Shown here: in pieces, positions 22,174 to 31,871 of the stretch | How positions within the stretch are numbered: position 1 is the stretch's first letter | Layout: every line of letters begins with the position of its first letter | Made by a program: the position numbers and the translations under genes | Assembly (NCBI GenBank): GCA_963842525.1 | Contig: CAWJGT010000014.1 | Coordinates: 128,001-192,000 of the forward strand | Direction of reading: 5' to 3' | Origin: an uncultured Holophagales bacterium | GTDB taxonomy: Bacteria > Acidobacteriota > Thermoanaerobaculia > Multivoradales > UBA5704 | DNA length: 64,000 nucleotides | The notes under the pieces: model-generated | What the model was told of the DNA's origin: nothing | The model's input: only the letters and a program-made list of their open reading frames with translations | The model's database searches: none

Positions 22174-23082
22174 ATGCAAGGACTCCAGCCCACCTCTCCC
22201 CTTCCCACCATCCCCCATCTCCGCCTGGAGGTGACCCTCCGGGCGGAGGAGCCGGCGACGCTCCCTGCCTTCCACGGCTCGATGCTGCGCGGCGCCTTTG
22301 GGCACGCTCTGCGCCGGTCGGTCTGTTCCATGGGGCCGGCGCAGGCGTGCGAGACCTGCACGTTGCGCCGGCCCTGCATCTACACGCGGATTTTCGAATC
22401 GTTCGTCGAAGGCGAGCCGCCGCCGTTCCTGCGCGGGATCGATCAGGCGGTCCGTCCCTATCTCTTCGAGCCCAAAGGCGGAGCGGGCCGGCTGGAGCCC
22501 GGCGAGCCCTTGCGCTTCGACCTGCTGCTCTTCGGCCAGGCCGTGGACCTCCAGGCGTACGCCGTTCTGGCGATCCGCCGCATGGCGCAGTCGGGGCTCG
22601 GCGCCGGCCGTGCCCGCTTCCGGCTCGATCACATCGAAATGCGGGAATCGCCGGCCCTCCAGGACGCTCCGCTCCCGGACGGGCCGGTCACCCTCCGTTT
22701 CGTCACACCCCTGCGCATCAAGATCCGCGACCAGCTCGCCGATCGATTCCGATTCCGGGACCTCGCCTTTCACATGCTGCGGCGCACGCTGGAGCTCGCC
22801 CACACCCACGTCCCCGGCGCGCCGGTCGACTGGAGCTTCCAGCCCCTGCTCCGGAAGGCCGACGCCGTCCAGGCCACCGCCGCCAGCCTCCGCTGGCACG
22901 ACTGGGAGCGCTGGAGCCAGCGCCAGCAGACCCGCATGAAGCTCGGCGGCGTCGTGGGCACCCTGACGCTCGACGGCGACCTCTCACCTTTTACATCCCT
23001 GCTGCGCACCGCCGAGGTGATCCATGTCGGCAAGGGGACCACGTTCGGGCTGGGGAAGATGAGGATCGAGGCAGCGGCATGA
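22174..23082 (+). CDS. cas6: CRISPR pre-crRNA endoribonuclease Cas6
   Basis: GSMLRGAFGHALR, Cys cluster CETC..CIY, FVTPLRI, WERWSQRQ..MKLGG, C-terminal G-loop HVGKGTTFGLG. Confidence 0.93.
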   Translation: MQGLQPTSPLPTIPHLRLEVTLRAEEPATLPAFHGSMLRGAFGHALRRSVCSMGPAQACETCTLRRPCIYTRIFESFVEGEPPPFLRGIDQAVRPYLFEPKGGAGRLEPGEPLRFDLLLFGQAVDLQAYAVLAIRRMAQSGLGAGRARFRLDHIEMRESPALQDAPLPDGPVTLRFVTPLRIKIRDQLADRFRFRDLAFHMLRRTLELAHTHVPGAPVDWSFQPLLRKADAVQATAASLRWHDWERWSQRQQTRMKLGGVVGTLTLDGDLSPFTSLLRTAEVIHVGKGTTFGLGKMRIEAAA

Positions 23083-24848
23083 ATCACGAGAAATCCGAAA
23101 CCAGAGAATCCAGCAGCCGCCATGTGGCGGATGTGGCCAAGCGGGCACTATCGCCTCACTTCAGCGATGGTGAGGTCCCGCCCGCGCTCCTCGAAGCGGT
23201 CGCCGCCGGCCAGGGCAATCGCGAAGAGGTGCGCCGCATCACCGAGAAGGCCTGCGGCTCCGGCAAGCCTTTCGATCTGGTGCTCTTCGACACAGACCGG
23301 ATCAGCGACTATGTCTTCGAGTCGAGCCGGCCACCGGTCATTGCCGGAGCCTCCAAAATCCTTGACGATCTCAACCAGTCGATCGGCGACGAGTATCGGG
23401 ACAGCACGATCTATTCCGGCGGCGGCGAGGGCATCCTGCTGGTCCTGAGAGGAGACGGCGAACGGATCTGCTCCGAGATCGAGGAGCGCTTCCGCACGAA
23501 GACCGATGGCGCCCTGACGGTCACCACGGGCTGGCTGGAGATCTCGCCTCACGATTTCATCGCGACGACACCGCGAGGAGAGGCGGACAACGGAGCCCGC
23601 CTTGTCTCGGGCACGCAGGCGGTCCTCTCGCGCTTGCGCGATCTGGTCCGAGAGAAGAAGGATGGCCGGTCCGACTTCCGCTCTCCCGTGCACGCCGAGA
23701 GCGAGCGCTGTGCCTCCTGCCGGGACCGGAAAGCCGACTCCATTCCGATCAAGTTCTATCGGGATGAGGTCGGGCGTATCTGCGAGCCTTGTTGGGTCCG
23801 GTGGGGTGTGGGCAAGGAGCTCATCGAGGGGTGGTCTTTCGACGAGCTGGCGGAAAAGTACCAGAAGGCCCTCGGATCGGAAGGCGCCAAGACGCGCTAT
23901 CTCGGCTTCGTCTACGCCGACGGCAACTCGATGGGCGCGCTCTTCGGTCGCCTCGAATCTCTGTCCGACCTGCGCTTCCTGAGCCATTCGGTCCGCGACG
24001 CTTTCGCCATGACGAGGGGGCAGGTAAAGGAAGAGGTGCAGCGGCTGGTCCCGGTGCCAGGAGGCTTTCCTCTCCTCAGCTATCTCGGCGGCGGTGACGA
24101 GGCGATCTGGATCCTTCCCGCCGCGCTGGCCGTTCACATCACGGAAAAGCTGCCGCTGTGGGTCGAGGCTGCGTCACAGCGCATCCCCGATTTTCTGACG
24201 GTTCTGAAGCATCATGGAGTTTCCCGCGTGACGCTGGGCACCGGCCTGGTGATCTGCGATCTGGGCTACCCGGTGCGCTATCAGTACCGGCTCGCGAAGG
24301 ACCTCCAGAAACGCGCCAAGGCGATGTTCTACGCCCGGCAGACAGCCGATGTAACCTCTTCGCTCGACTTCGAGGTCCTGACGGACTCTTCGCCACTGAG
24401 CGATGAGCTCGGCGCGGTCCGCGAGCTCGCGTACAAGACCGCCGACTCCGACTTCCTGCGTACCTGCCGCCCCTACACGGAGCGCGGTTTCCAGGAGCTC
24501 CTCAACCGGATGCGCCAGGCCCGCGCACCCCGCAACGGGAACGGCAAGGTGGTGCGTAAGCCCATCGCCAATTCCCAGCTTTACGGATTGCAGAGCGGCG
24601 CCGCAGAAGGCAAGGCGGTGTTCCTCAACTATCTCCGCTATCAGCTCGCCCGCAAGCCCGCCGGCCCCACCATTCAAGACTGGATGGACGCCTTCAATCA
24701 CAAGTGGACCGATCCTCAGGACGTCGAAAGATTTTTCGTGGACGCCGCGGAGGGCGGCAAGACCGGCACGTGGATCCCGGACGGCCTGCAGCTCGCGCCG
24801 TTTCTCGATCAGCTCCGCAAGCTGGAAGACGCGAAGGAGCGCCGCTGA
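23079..24848 (+). CDS. cas10: Cas10 large subunit (no HD domain, GGDE palm)
   Basis: FDTDRISDYVF, YSGGGEG, Zn motif CASC..CEPC, YADGNSMG, YLGGGDE; ATGA overlap with cas6. Confidence 0.9.
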   Translation: MNHEKSETRESSSRHVADVAKRALSPHFSDGEVPPALLEAVAAGQGNREEVRRITEKACGSGKPFDLVLFDTDRISDYVFESSRPPVIAGASKILDDLNQSIGDEYRDSTIYSGGGEGILLVLRGDGERICSEIEERFRTKTDGALTVTTGWLEISPHDFIATTPRGEADNGARLVSGTQAVLSRLRDLVREKKDGRSDFRSPVHAESERCASCRDRKADSIPIKFYRDEVGRICEPCWVRWGVGKELIEGWSFDELAEKYQKALGSEGAKTRYLGFVYADGNSMGALFGRLESLSDLRFLSHSVRDAFAMTRGQVKEEVQRLVPVPGGFPLLSYLGGGDEAIWILPAALAVHITEKLPLWVEAASQRIPDFLTVLKHHGVSRVTLGTGLVICDLGYPVRYQYRLAKDLQKRAKAMFYARQTADVTSSLDFEVLTDSSPLSDELGAVRELAYKTADSDFLRTCRPYTERGFQELLNRMRQARAPRNGNGKVVRKPIANSQLYGLQSGAAEGKAVFLNYLRYQLARKPAGPTIQDWMDAFNHKWTDPQDVERFFVDAAEGGKTGTWIPDGLQLAPFLDQLRKLEDAKERR

Positions 24849-26700
24849 TGCCAAAGCTCGAAATCACTCTTCACGGGCATCTGCTCGTCGCCGGAGGCCA
24901 AGCCGCGGCTCTCGGCGTCGATCTCGCCACGGCCCAGCGCTTCGACGAGAAGGGCGAGCTGGTGCCCTACATCCCCGCCACCGCCCTGCGCGGTGCGGTC
25001 CGCCTTCAGCTCGAATCACTCCTGGCCGGCACGAATCATCCGGACATCGGTCCCTATCCGCGTGATGTGGAAGGCGAAACCCGCGAGGGCTTCGATACTC
25101 CGATCGCCCGTCTCTTCGGCTACTCCGGCAAGAAGGGTGCAAGAAACGGCGCCAGGGAGGGAAGCCTCCGCTTTTCGGATGCCCTGCCGAAAGATCCCAA
25201 GAGTGCCGCCCAGGCGCTGGGCGTACGGCCTGGGCTCGAGATCAATGATTTCACCTCGACTGCCGAGGAGCAGAAGCTCTTCTTCCGCGAGCTGGTTGAA
25301 ACCTCGGCCGAGCCGCTCGTTTTCACTGCCGATCTCGATCTCAACAAGCAGGTCTCTAAAGAAGATCGAGACAGCTTGCAAGCCGCGGTCGAGAGCACGG
25401 ACTCGATCGGCGCCGGCAAGGCCAAGGGCGGCGGCTTCGTCTCGATCCGCTGGATCGACGAGACCGGGAAACAGCCAGAGGACAAGCAGGAAGAGAATGC
25501 GCCTCCTTCAGGTTTCCTAGGGGACCCGTCAGCCGCCACGCGGGTACGGTTGCTTCTCACGCTGACCGAGCCGGCCCATTTCGGAGACGGCGGCCCGCAG
25601 GGCAACCATCACGGTAGCCGCACTTTCATCCCGGGTGCAACCGTCCGCGGCGCCATCGCCTGGGCACTCCTGCGCAACGGGGTCGCCCCCCAAGACCCAG
25701 CCTTCCAGAGCCTTTTTATGAAGGCCGGGAGCTTCGGCGACGCCCTCCCCACTCTCGATCCGGACGAGGAGCCCGTGATCTATCCCGCTACAGCGCGGAA
25801 ACGCCGAGGGGGCGAGGAAGAGATCAAGGACATCCTTGTCACGGAGGCTCGCCCGCCAACAGATCAACGAGCAGCCCGACGGCGTCTTTCTCCGATCGGA
25901 CGACGGCGATGCCCGCTTCGATCCTGTCCCGGCTCGCCCCGACCCGGGCCTTATCCGGCGCCTGCGCACCCGGGTCTCCATCGACCGCCACACCGGCACC
26001 GCAGCCGATGGCCGCCTCTTCACCATCGAACAGGTCGAGCCCTGGCTAGCCCCGAAGAATCACCAGAAACCGCGCAGGACCACGTTCGTCTGCCGCGTCG
26101 AAAACCTGGATCAGTCCGCCGCGGAGCTGCTTGCCTTGGCCGCGGACCTGCCGATCCTGATCGGCGCGGGTCGCAACCATGGGATGGGGCGCGCCCTCCT
26201 GCAGGTACACTTCGAGGCTGAAGAAACCATCGAGAATGCGGAGCTGCGAGTCCTGAAGCTCACAGGCCTCGTTCGCCAGGAAGCCGTACGCCTCGCCCGC
26301 CATGCCGGCCTCCCCCATCCGGAGGACGCGGCAAACCACGGCCAAGCCGTTCTCGCATTGCTTGCGCTATCGGACTTCGTACCGTCCCACCCAGAGGCGG
26401 CGCATCCGCTGGCCGAGCTCGCGGAGCCTGGCTTACAGGATATCCATCCACTCCGTCGCTTCCTTAACCCGGGACAGGTCGGCGGCTACAACCAGCTCGT
26501 CGAGGGGGGTGCCCTCAAGGACCTCGCCCCGTCCGTCGGAGCGGGAAGCGTCTTCGTCTATCGCATTCAACGGCAGGGCCTGACACCGCTGCTTGACCGG
26601 CTCCTCCCGCGGCTGCGCCGGGGAGTGGGCCGTGACTGCGCCAGCGGCTGCGGCCGGTTCGGTCTGTTCGAGCCATTTTTTCCAAGGAGAAGAAGGATGA
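24848..26700 (+). CDS. csx10: Csx10-like Cas7-Cas5 RAMP fusion (frameshift near 25846)
   Basis: PYIPATALRGAVR, IGAGKAKGGG, FIPGATVRGAIA, RVSIDRHTGTAADGRLF, IGAGRNHGMG, GAGSVFVY, GCGRF; an apparent extra G splits the frames. Confidence 0.8.
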
Positions 26701-27089
26701 GCGCTGAGCCTGAAGTTGGAAGCAAATCCTGGTTGGTCGGCAGAGCCGAGAATATCCTCGGGAACCAAGTGCCGAGAAATCAGGCATCTCAGTTGCGGAA
26801 CCTTGTTCAGATCACACAGAAGGAATCCGAAGTGCCCGTCCTTGCGAACTTCATCCGCTATCAGGCTGGCCGGAAAGCTACGGGCGGATTCTGGCGCCCG
26901 ATCCACAAGCAGGTCATCGAAGTCCTCCAGAAGATCGAGGAGAAGTTCCCTGCCGAGGACGAGCGCAAGGCCGCCATTCAGAATTTCTTCGGTTACATGG
27001 TACGGCACTATGTCTATCTCGAGGGTGCCGGCGAGAGAGGCTCAACATCATCCAAGCCGAAAGGAGGAGCGCCTCATGGACGCAACTGA
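26697..27089 (+). CDS. Probable Cas11-like small subunit
   Basis: Helical 130 aa with SQLRNLV, NFIRYQAGR, FFGYMVR; RBS AAGGAG upstream; currently in frame with the 3' half of csx10. Confidence 0.65.
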   Translation: MSAEPEVGSKSWLVGRAENILGNQVPRNQASQLRNLVQITQKESEVPVLANFIRYQAGRKATGGFWRPIHKQVIEVLQKIEEKFPAEDERKAAIQNFFGYMVRHYVYLEGAGERGSTSSKPKGGAPHGRN

Positions 27090-27909
27090 GTTTCGCCTCC
27101 GGCATCATGCCGTGGTCGATGAGATCGTGCTCTTCGACTATCGACTCACATGCCGCACTGGCCTCCACATCGGCGCCGGCAAGCGTGCAGATCTTGTTGA
27201 GAGTGACTTGCCGGTGATGCGGGATGCGGCCGGCCGACCCTTCGTACCGGGCTCTTCCCTGAGAGGCGTCCTTCGCGCCGGTGCCGAAGCCCTCTCCAAA
27301 TCGTTGGCGCTCGACTCCGCAAAGCCGGCCGCGCAGGCCGAGCAGCTTCCAGGTGTGCCACGTGAGCTCTCCGAGCTCTGGCACGAGCTCGATCTCGTTC
27401 AGCGCATCTTCGGCACCGTCATCCCGGGAACGAAGAAGGCGCTCGCCTCCAGGCTTCAAATCTCGGACGCCGTATGCCGCTCTCCAATTATCACCGAGGT
27501 ACGCGATGGCGTCGGCATCTCCCGGGAAACACGAACTGCCAGCCACGATACCGGCGCAAAGTTCGACATAGAGGTGGTGCCGGCCGGGACTACCTTCGAG
27601 GGACGCATCCGCTTCAAGAACCCGGCAGCTTTCGAGCTGGGGCTCCTCGCCCAAGGCCTTTGGATGCTTGACGAGGGGTTGCTCCTTCTGGGCGGCAAGT
27701 CAGCGCGTGGGCTCGGCTGGGTGGAAGTGACGACCAGCACACCGAGCAAGCGCTCTGCTCAGGAGATCCTCCGTGCAGGCAAAAGCACAGCGCCTGACAC
27801 CCCTCGCAGCTTCGGTCCCGTTCCCGAGAAGCTCGCGCAGTATCTGACCTGCCTGCAACAACTCGCGGATACCACCGCGCAGGGGCCTCACCGGCCTCAG
27901 GATAACTGA
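27076..27909 (+). CDS. Cas7-group RAMP (Csm3/Csx7-like)
   Basis: TGLHIGAG, SDLPV (position of the Csm3 catalytic Asp), PFVPGSSLRGVLR, RDGVGISR, LGGKSARGLG. Confidence 0.88.
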   Translation: MDATEFRLRHHAVVDEIVLFDYRLTCRTGLHIGAGKRADLVESDLPVMRDAAGRPFVPGSSLRGVLRAGAEALSKSLALDSAKPAAQAEQLPGVPRELSELWHELDLVQRIFGTVIPGTKKALASRLQISDAVCRSPIITEVRDGVGISRETRTASHDTGAKFDIEVVPAGTTFEGRIRFKNPAAFELGLLAQGLWMLDEGLLLLGGKSARGLGWVEVTTSTPSKRSAQEILRAGKSTAPDTPRSFGPVPEKLAQYLTCLQQLADTTAQGPHRPQDN

Positions 27910-27911
27910 TC

Positions 27912-28823
27912 ATGTTTAAAACTCTCCAAAACACCGCAAAGTTCGAGGTCACTCTCGTTCCCGATGGCCCCATCCTCGTCCGAGCCCAGTCGGTCGGGCT
28001 TGACCCGGGGGTGGCAGACATGGAGTTCCAGCGCACCGCCTGGAAAGGCCGTAACACGGTCTTTCTCGCGGGGTCTGGCTTGAAGGGAGTCCTCCGCTCC
28101 CATTGCGAGCGCCTGCTCCGGTCGGCCGACAGGTTTGCCTGTGATCCGACGCAGACGAAAAACGATCCAACGCTCTGCGGTATGAGGAAACCGCACGATC
28201 CGTACCCCGAGGGTTACGCGCTTCCCTATCCGCACAAGGACCAGTGCGCTGCCTGCTTCACGTTCGGCTCTCTCCGGCTCGCGGGACGGTTCCGGGTAGC
28301 CGATGCCTATCCCGTGCAAGCCCTGGAGGACGAGACAAATCACACGGAAGTACGTACCGGCGTTGGGATCAATCGGCAGTCCCAGGCAGCCCAGGAAAAG
28401 GTCCTCTATGACACAGAAGTCGTAGTGTCTGGCGGTTTCCGCGCCCTGATCTCTGGCGAGAACTACTCCTTATGGCAGCTCGGCCTGATTCTGAACGCGC
28501 TCCAGGACTTGGACCAGGGCCTGGTGCGTATCGGGGGAGGCAAGGCCCGTGGCATGGGAAACGTCCGCCTCAAGGACTGGCGGATCGAATTGGGCTTCGT
28601 GAACGGATCGACCGGGAAGCTCACGGGAGCCCTACCCGAGTCGCCGGCCAGGAATCCCTATAGTCTTCCTGGCGACGACATCCTCGCCGCCTTGCCTGAT
28701 GGTCAAGAGGCTCGGCAGGGGCTCTTCCGAAAGATTGTCTACGACAGCGATGGAGCCGTAGAGGTCCTGGCCAATCGGCTGTCGGAGGGGCCGTTGGCCT
28801 CGTATCTCAAGGGAAAGGGGTGA
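27912..28823 (+). CDS. Cas7-group RAMP
   Basis: FLAGSGLKGVLRSHCE, CAACFTFGS, RTGVGINR, IGGGKARGMG. Confidence 0.88.
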   Translation: MFKTLQNTAKFEVTLVPDGPILVRAQSVGLDPGVADMEFQRTAWKGRNTVFLAGSGLKGVLRSHCERLLRSADRFACDPTQTKNDPTLCGMRKPHDPYPEGYALPYPHKDQCAACFTFGSLRLAGRFRVADAYPVQALEDETNHTEVRTGVGINRQSQAAQEKVLYDTEVVVSGGFRALISGENYSLWQLGLILNALQDLDQGLVRIGGGKARGMGNVRLKDWRIELGFVNGSTGKLTGALPESPARNPYSLPGDDILAALPDGQEARQGLFRKIVYDSDGAVEVLANRLSEGPLASYLKGKG

Positions 28824-28827
28824 CAGT

Positions 28828-29766
28828 ATGGCGCCTCACGGTCTATCCCGGCCTCCTCTCCCACAGGACCTCAACCCGAGGGGGCCTGCTGTTCCCCACC
28901 ACCGTTGGCTGACCGAAGGGGACCGCCTGAGTGGCGCCCTTTACCTCGCGCTCAAGACTCCGGAAGGGCAATACATCTCGCCGTCTACTGGCCGCCTGAC
29001 ACTGACCCAATCGGAAGGCAAGGAGATCGTCGCGCAGCAGGCCGCACGGCGCGCCGGCATGCCGGTCCTGCCTGGCAGCGGCATCAAGGGTGCGGTTCGC
29101 ACCCTATTCGAGCTGCTTTCCTTCTCGTGCGACCTCTTCGCGGCAACCGATCGCTCCCGGTCCTACCAGGGCGGTGAGGTCTGCACGCCCGACTCCTGCT
29201 GTGACGCCTGCTCACTATTCGGCTTTCCTGGCTGGACCGGGCGGGTGAGCTTCTGCGACGCAGCACCTGCAGAGCCTGGCTTGGCGGACGTGACAGTCCA
29301 GAAGGTTCCGATACCGCATCTTCCGCATGCCGAGAAGACCCAAGGCGACTTTCGTCTCTACGATCTCGAAGAAGCCCGGATGCCAGGCCCGGATCGCAGA
29401 ACATCGACCAAACGCCCAAAGGAGCTGGCGCGGGAGGTGTTCACCGGCTGTTTCACGACGACCATGACCTTCGTCAACACAACGCCCCAAGAGCTCGGGC
29501 GTCTCCTCCTTGCCATGGGCCTTGGTCCCGATCTTTCGACACAGTTCTTTCTCCGTCTCGGAGGAGTCAAGTACGACGGCAAAGGTGCCGCGAAGGTCTC
29601 TCCTCTCGGGATCACTCTCTGCGCCCCGAGGCGGAAACGGCTAAGTGCCGAAGAGGCCCGGCCCGTGTGTCAGAAGTGGATCACGACAGCCCAGGCGAGC
29701 GAATGGGGCCTCACATTCCGGCCGACTCTCGAGCAGTTGGCCGATGCACTTCAGAAGATCGACTGA
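28828..29766 (+). CDS. Cas7-group RAMP (Csm5-like)
   Basis: PVLPGSGIKGAVR, CDACSLFG..GRVSFCDA, LGGVKYDGKG. Confidence 0.82.
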   Translation: MAPHGLSRPPLPQDLNPRGPAVPHHRWLTEGDRLSGALYLALKTPEGQYISPSTGRLTLTQSEGKEIVAQQAARRAGMPVLPGSGIKGAVRTLFELLSFSCDLFAATDRSRSYQGGEVCTPDSCCDACSLFGFPGWTGRVSFCDAAPAEPGLADVTVQKVPIPHLPHAEKTQGDFRLYDLEEARMPGPDRRTSTKRPKELAREVFTGCFTTTMTFVNTTPQELGRLLLAMGLGPDLSTQFFLRLGGVKYDGKGAAKVSPLGITLCAPRRKRLSAEEARPVCQKWITTAQASEWGLTFRPTLEQLADALQKID

Positions 29767-29782
29767 CGAACGGAAGGCGAAA

Positions 29783-30472
29783 ATGATTCAGCGAGACATT
29801 GTCGAGCGTGCCCGGCTGTTCGCATTGGAGCTCGCCAACGGGCCGACCCCGATCAAAAAGAATGTGCTACTGGCTCTCGTGTCCGATTTCCTGAGCTCTC
29901 GCCCACCCGATCGTGAGAGGCTCCGCCGAATCCTGACCTTGGTGAAGGAGGGCAACGGAGGCCATGTCCTCCGGGGTGAAGGATATGGGGACCAGGTGCG
30001 CGCAGCCGTCGATGCTATCGAAGGCTTGCTCCAAGAGGAGGAGCTCAGCGACGAACAGTACAAGAGCCTCTTTGGCTGGACTGCGCGATTGCTGGTAGTG
30101 AAACAGTCGCCGGCCAAGGATATGGACCAGGAGGCGGCAGAGGGACCGGGGAGACGCACTTTTGCAGCCCCACAAACAGGGTGGCGTAGAGGGGGCAGGC
30201 CAACGCCCCCGCCACCACCTCCTCCGCCGCCGCCCAAGATCACCACTACCCGCTGGCCGGACGTCGAGATCGGCTGGCACAAGGGCTCCCCCGCTGTTAT
30301 CCGGGGAAAGCAGCCTGCCGTGCCCTGTCCCCGGGAGCTGCTGCCGTCGGATCTCCTCGATGCGTTGAAGGACAAGAAAACCAAGATAAAGGCGGATGTG
30401 CTCGTAGTGAAGATCCCGGGAGGCGGCGGCTACCGGGTCGACAAGATCGAAAGCTGGAAGATCGTCCCTTGA
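29783..30472 (+). CDS. Uncharacterised cas-operon protein (helical domain, polyproline linker, small beta domain)
   Basis: Tightly packed in the operon; LFGWTARL motif; PPPPPPPPP linker. Confidence 0.65.
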   Translation: MIQRDIVERARLFALELANGPTPIKKNVLLALVSDFLSSRPPDRERLRRILTLVKEGNGGHVLRGEGYGDQVRAAVDAIEGLLQEEELSDEQYKSLFGWTARLLVVKQSPAKDMDQEAAEGPGRRTFAAPQTGWRRGGRPTPPPPPPPPPPKITTTRWPDVEIGWHKGSPAVIRGKQPAVPCPRELLPSDLLDALKDKKTKIKADVLVVKIPGGGGYRVDKIESWKIVP

Positions 30473-31728
30473 TGAACATTTCCCCCTTCGGCCCCATCTT
30501 TCTGAGCTATCGCCAGTCGGATGGTCTGGCGCATGCCCGAGCGTTGGCGTGGGCTCTCCGCTCGGCCGGTGCTCCGGTGTGGCACGATGATGCAGACCTC
30601 CCTCCGGGCGATACGACCCAACGGCTGTCGGAAGCGCTGGCGAGCGGACTCTCCGGCGCGGTGCTCCTCGTCACGCCTGAGATCGAGAAATCCACCGTCG
30701 TCCGCAAGGTCGAGCTGCCGCAGCTCCTCCAACTCGAAGGGGACCCTTCTTTTACCTTCCTCGTGACAACCGAAATCCCGGATGCCGGCGATCCCGGCAA
30801 AGTGGACTTCCGGGCCGCCGACCGTCTCCTCCACAAGCGGCGCGGAACGCTCTCCCGTCTGAAGCAGTGGCCCCTTTTCGGAGAGGGCGCGCTGGAAAGG
30901 ATCGCCCGGCAAATGGTGCTCCGGCGCATGGAGGCGTTTTCGAAGCTGGGCAGGGATGAGATCGTTGTCGAGATCCAGAGCCGCTTCGAGGCCGGCGCCG
31001 AGTACGCCGGCTCTCCTCTGCTCGTCCGCACGCGGCCGCCCGAGCCCGGCCGTCGTGTGCCCCCTCCGGAGATCTGGAAACCTTTCGGTGCATTTCTCGC
31101 GAACCTCCCCCAGCTCCTGCGCACCGCCCAGGCGCGTAATGTCGTCGTCCAGGGCGGCGCCCATCCCAGCATCTCTTTCGCGCTCGGCGCCGCGCTCCCT
31201 CTCACAACCCCGTGGGGGCCGAACCTCTCTGTGAAAGATCAATTTGAGGAGCGCTGGCCGTCCAAGCCGGGCTCCCCTGCACCCGAGCTCGCCCCGGACC
31301 TCCAACCCTGTGGCCCTGCCGGCGCCCCTCTCGCCGTCTATATCGACCTCTTACGCACTCCGGCGCCCTGCGACGCTTTCGAAGCCTACGTGGCGCCTCG
31401 CAGGTCCACCTGCTCCGCCACCCTGAGCCTCGTTTTGCGACACCGCCGCAATATCGAAGCGCACGAAGGTGGAGCCCTCGCCCAGGAGATCTCCCGGCAC
31501 ATTCGCGAAGCCGCGAGCGCTCGCCAGACCCATCGGGTCTACCTCTTCCTGCGAGCCCCCTTCGCAATCCCGGTCCTCCTCGGGCAACGACTCAACACTC
31601 TGGAGATCACTCTCCACGAGTGGGAAGATGGCGACGGCCCGCTTCCGCATTACCTTGAAGCCGCCACCATCGCCTCCGGCCGCGGCAACGGCCCCGTCCT
31701 CGCCGCAGCCCGCAGCACGGCTCTTTGA
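30469..31728 (+). CDS. TIR-SAVED effector (predicted cOA-activated NADase)
   Basis: TIR: IFLSYRQSDG, VWHD..LPPG, VRKVELP (catalytic Glu position); SAVED: GAHPSISFALG, VYLFLRAPFAIPVLLGQRLNTL..LHEW. Confidence 0.9.
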   Translation: MMNISPFGPIFLSYRQSDGLAHARALAWALRSAGAPVWHDDADLPPGDTTQRLSEALASGLSGAVLLVTPEIEKSTVVRKVELPQLLQLEGDPSFTFLVTTEIPDAGDPGKVDFRAADRLLHKRRGTLSRLKQWPLFGEGALERIARQMVLRRMEAFSKLGRDEIVVEIQSRFEAGAEYAGSPLLVRTRPPEPGRRVPPPEIWKPFGAFLANLPQLLRTAQARNVVVQGGAHPSISFALGAALPLTTPWGPNLSVKDQFEERWPSKPGSPAPELAPDLQPCGPAGAPLAVYIDLLRTPAPCDAFEAYVAPRRSTCSATLSLVLRHRRNIEAHEGGALAQEISRHIREAASARQTHRVYLFLRAPFAIPVLLGQRLNTLEITLHEWEDGDGPLPHYLEAATIASGRGNGPVLAAARSTAL

Positions 31729-31750
31729 CAATTGAAGTCATAGAAACTCA

Positions 31751-31787
31751 CGCCCAATTGACCAGATCCGTACGGTGGGCTTCCGGG
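31751..31787 (+). repeat. Orphan degenerate CRISPR repeat
   Basis: CGCCCAATTGACCAGATCCGTACGGTGGGCTTCCGGG, 29/37 identical to the consensus. Confidence 0.75.
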
Positions 31788-31871
31788 CGTGGTGTGCCCC
31801 CAGGGCTCCGTCAAAGTTCCACAAAGCCGACGACCCGGGGCATTGCGGCAACGGGAGGAAAGCCCCGGGCT

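Noticed and set aside
22347-23078. N-terminal extension of Cas10 (833-aa ORF)
   Set aside because: Shadow frame of cas6; the real start is the ATGA overlap at 23079
14957-31728. CBASS operon as the source of the SAVED effectors
   Set aside because: No CD-NTase, Cap2 or Cap3 recognised in the window; Cas10 is the visible cyclase
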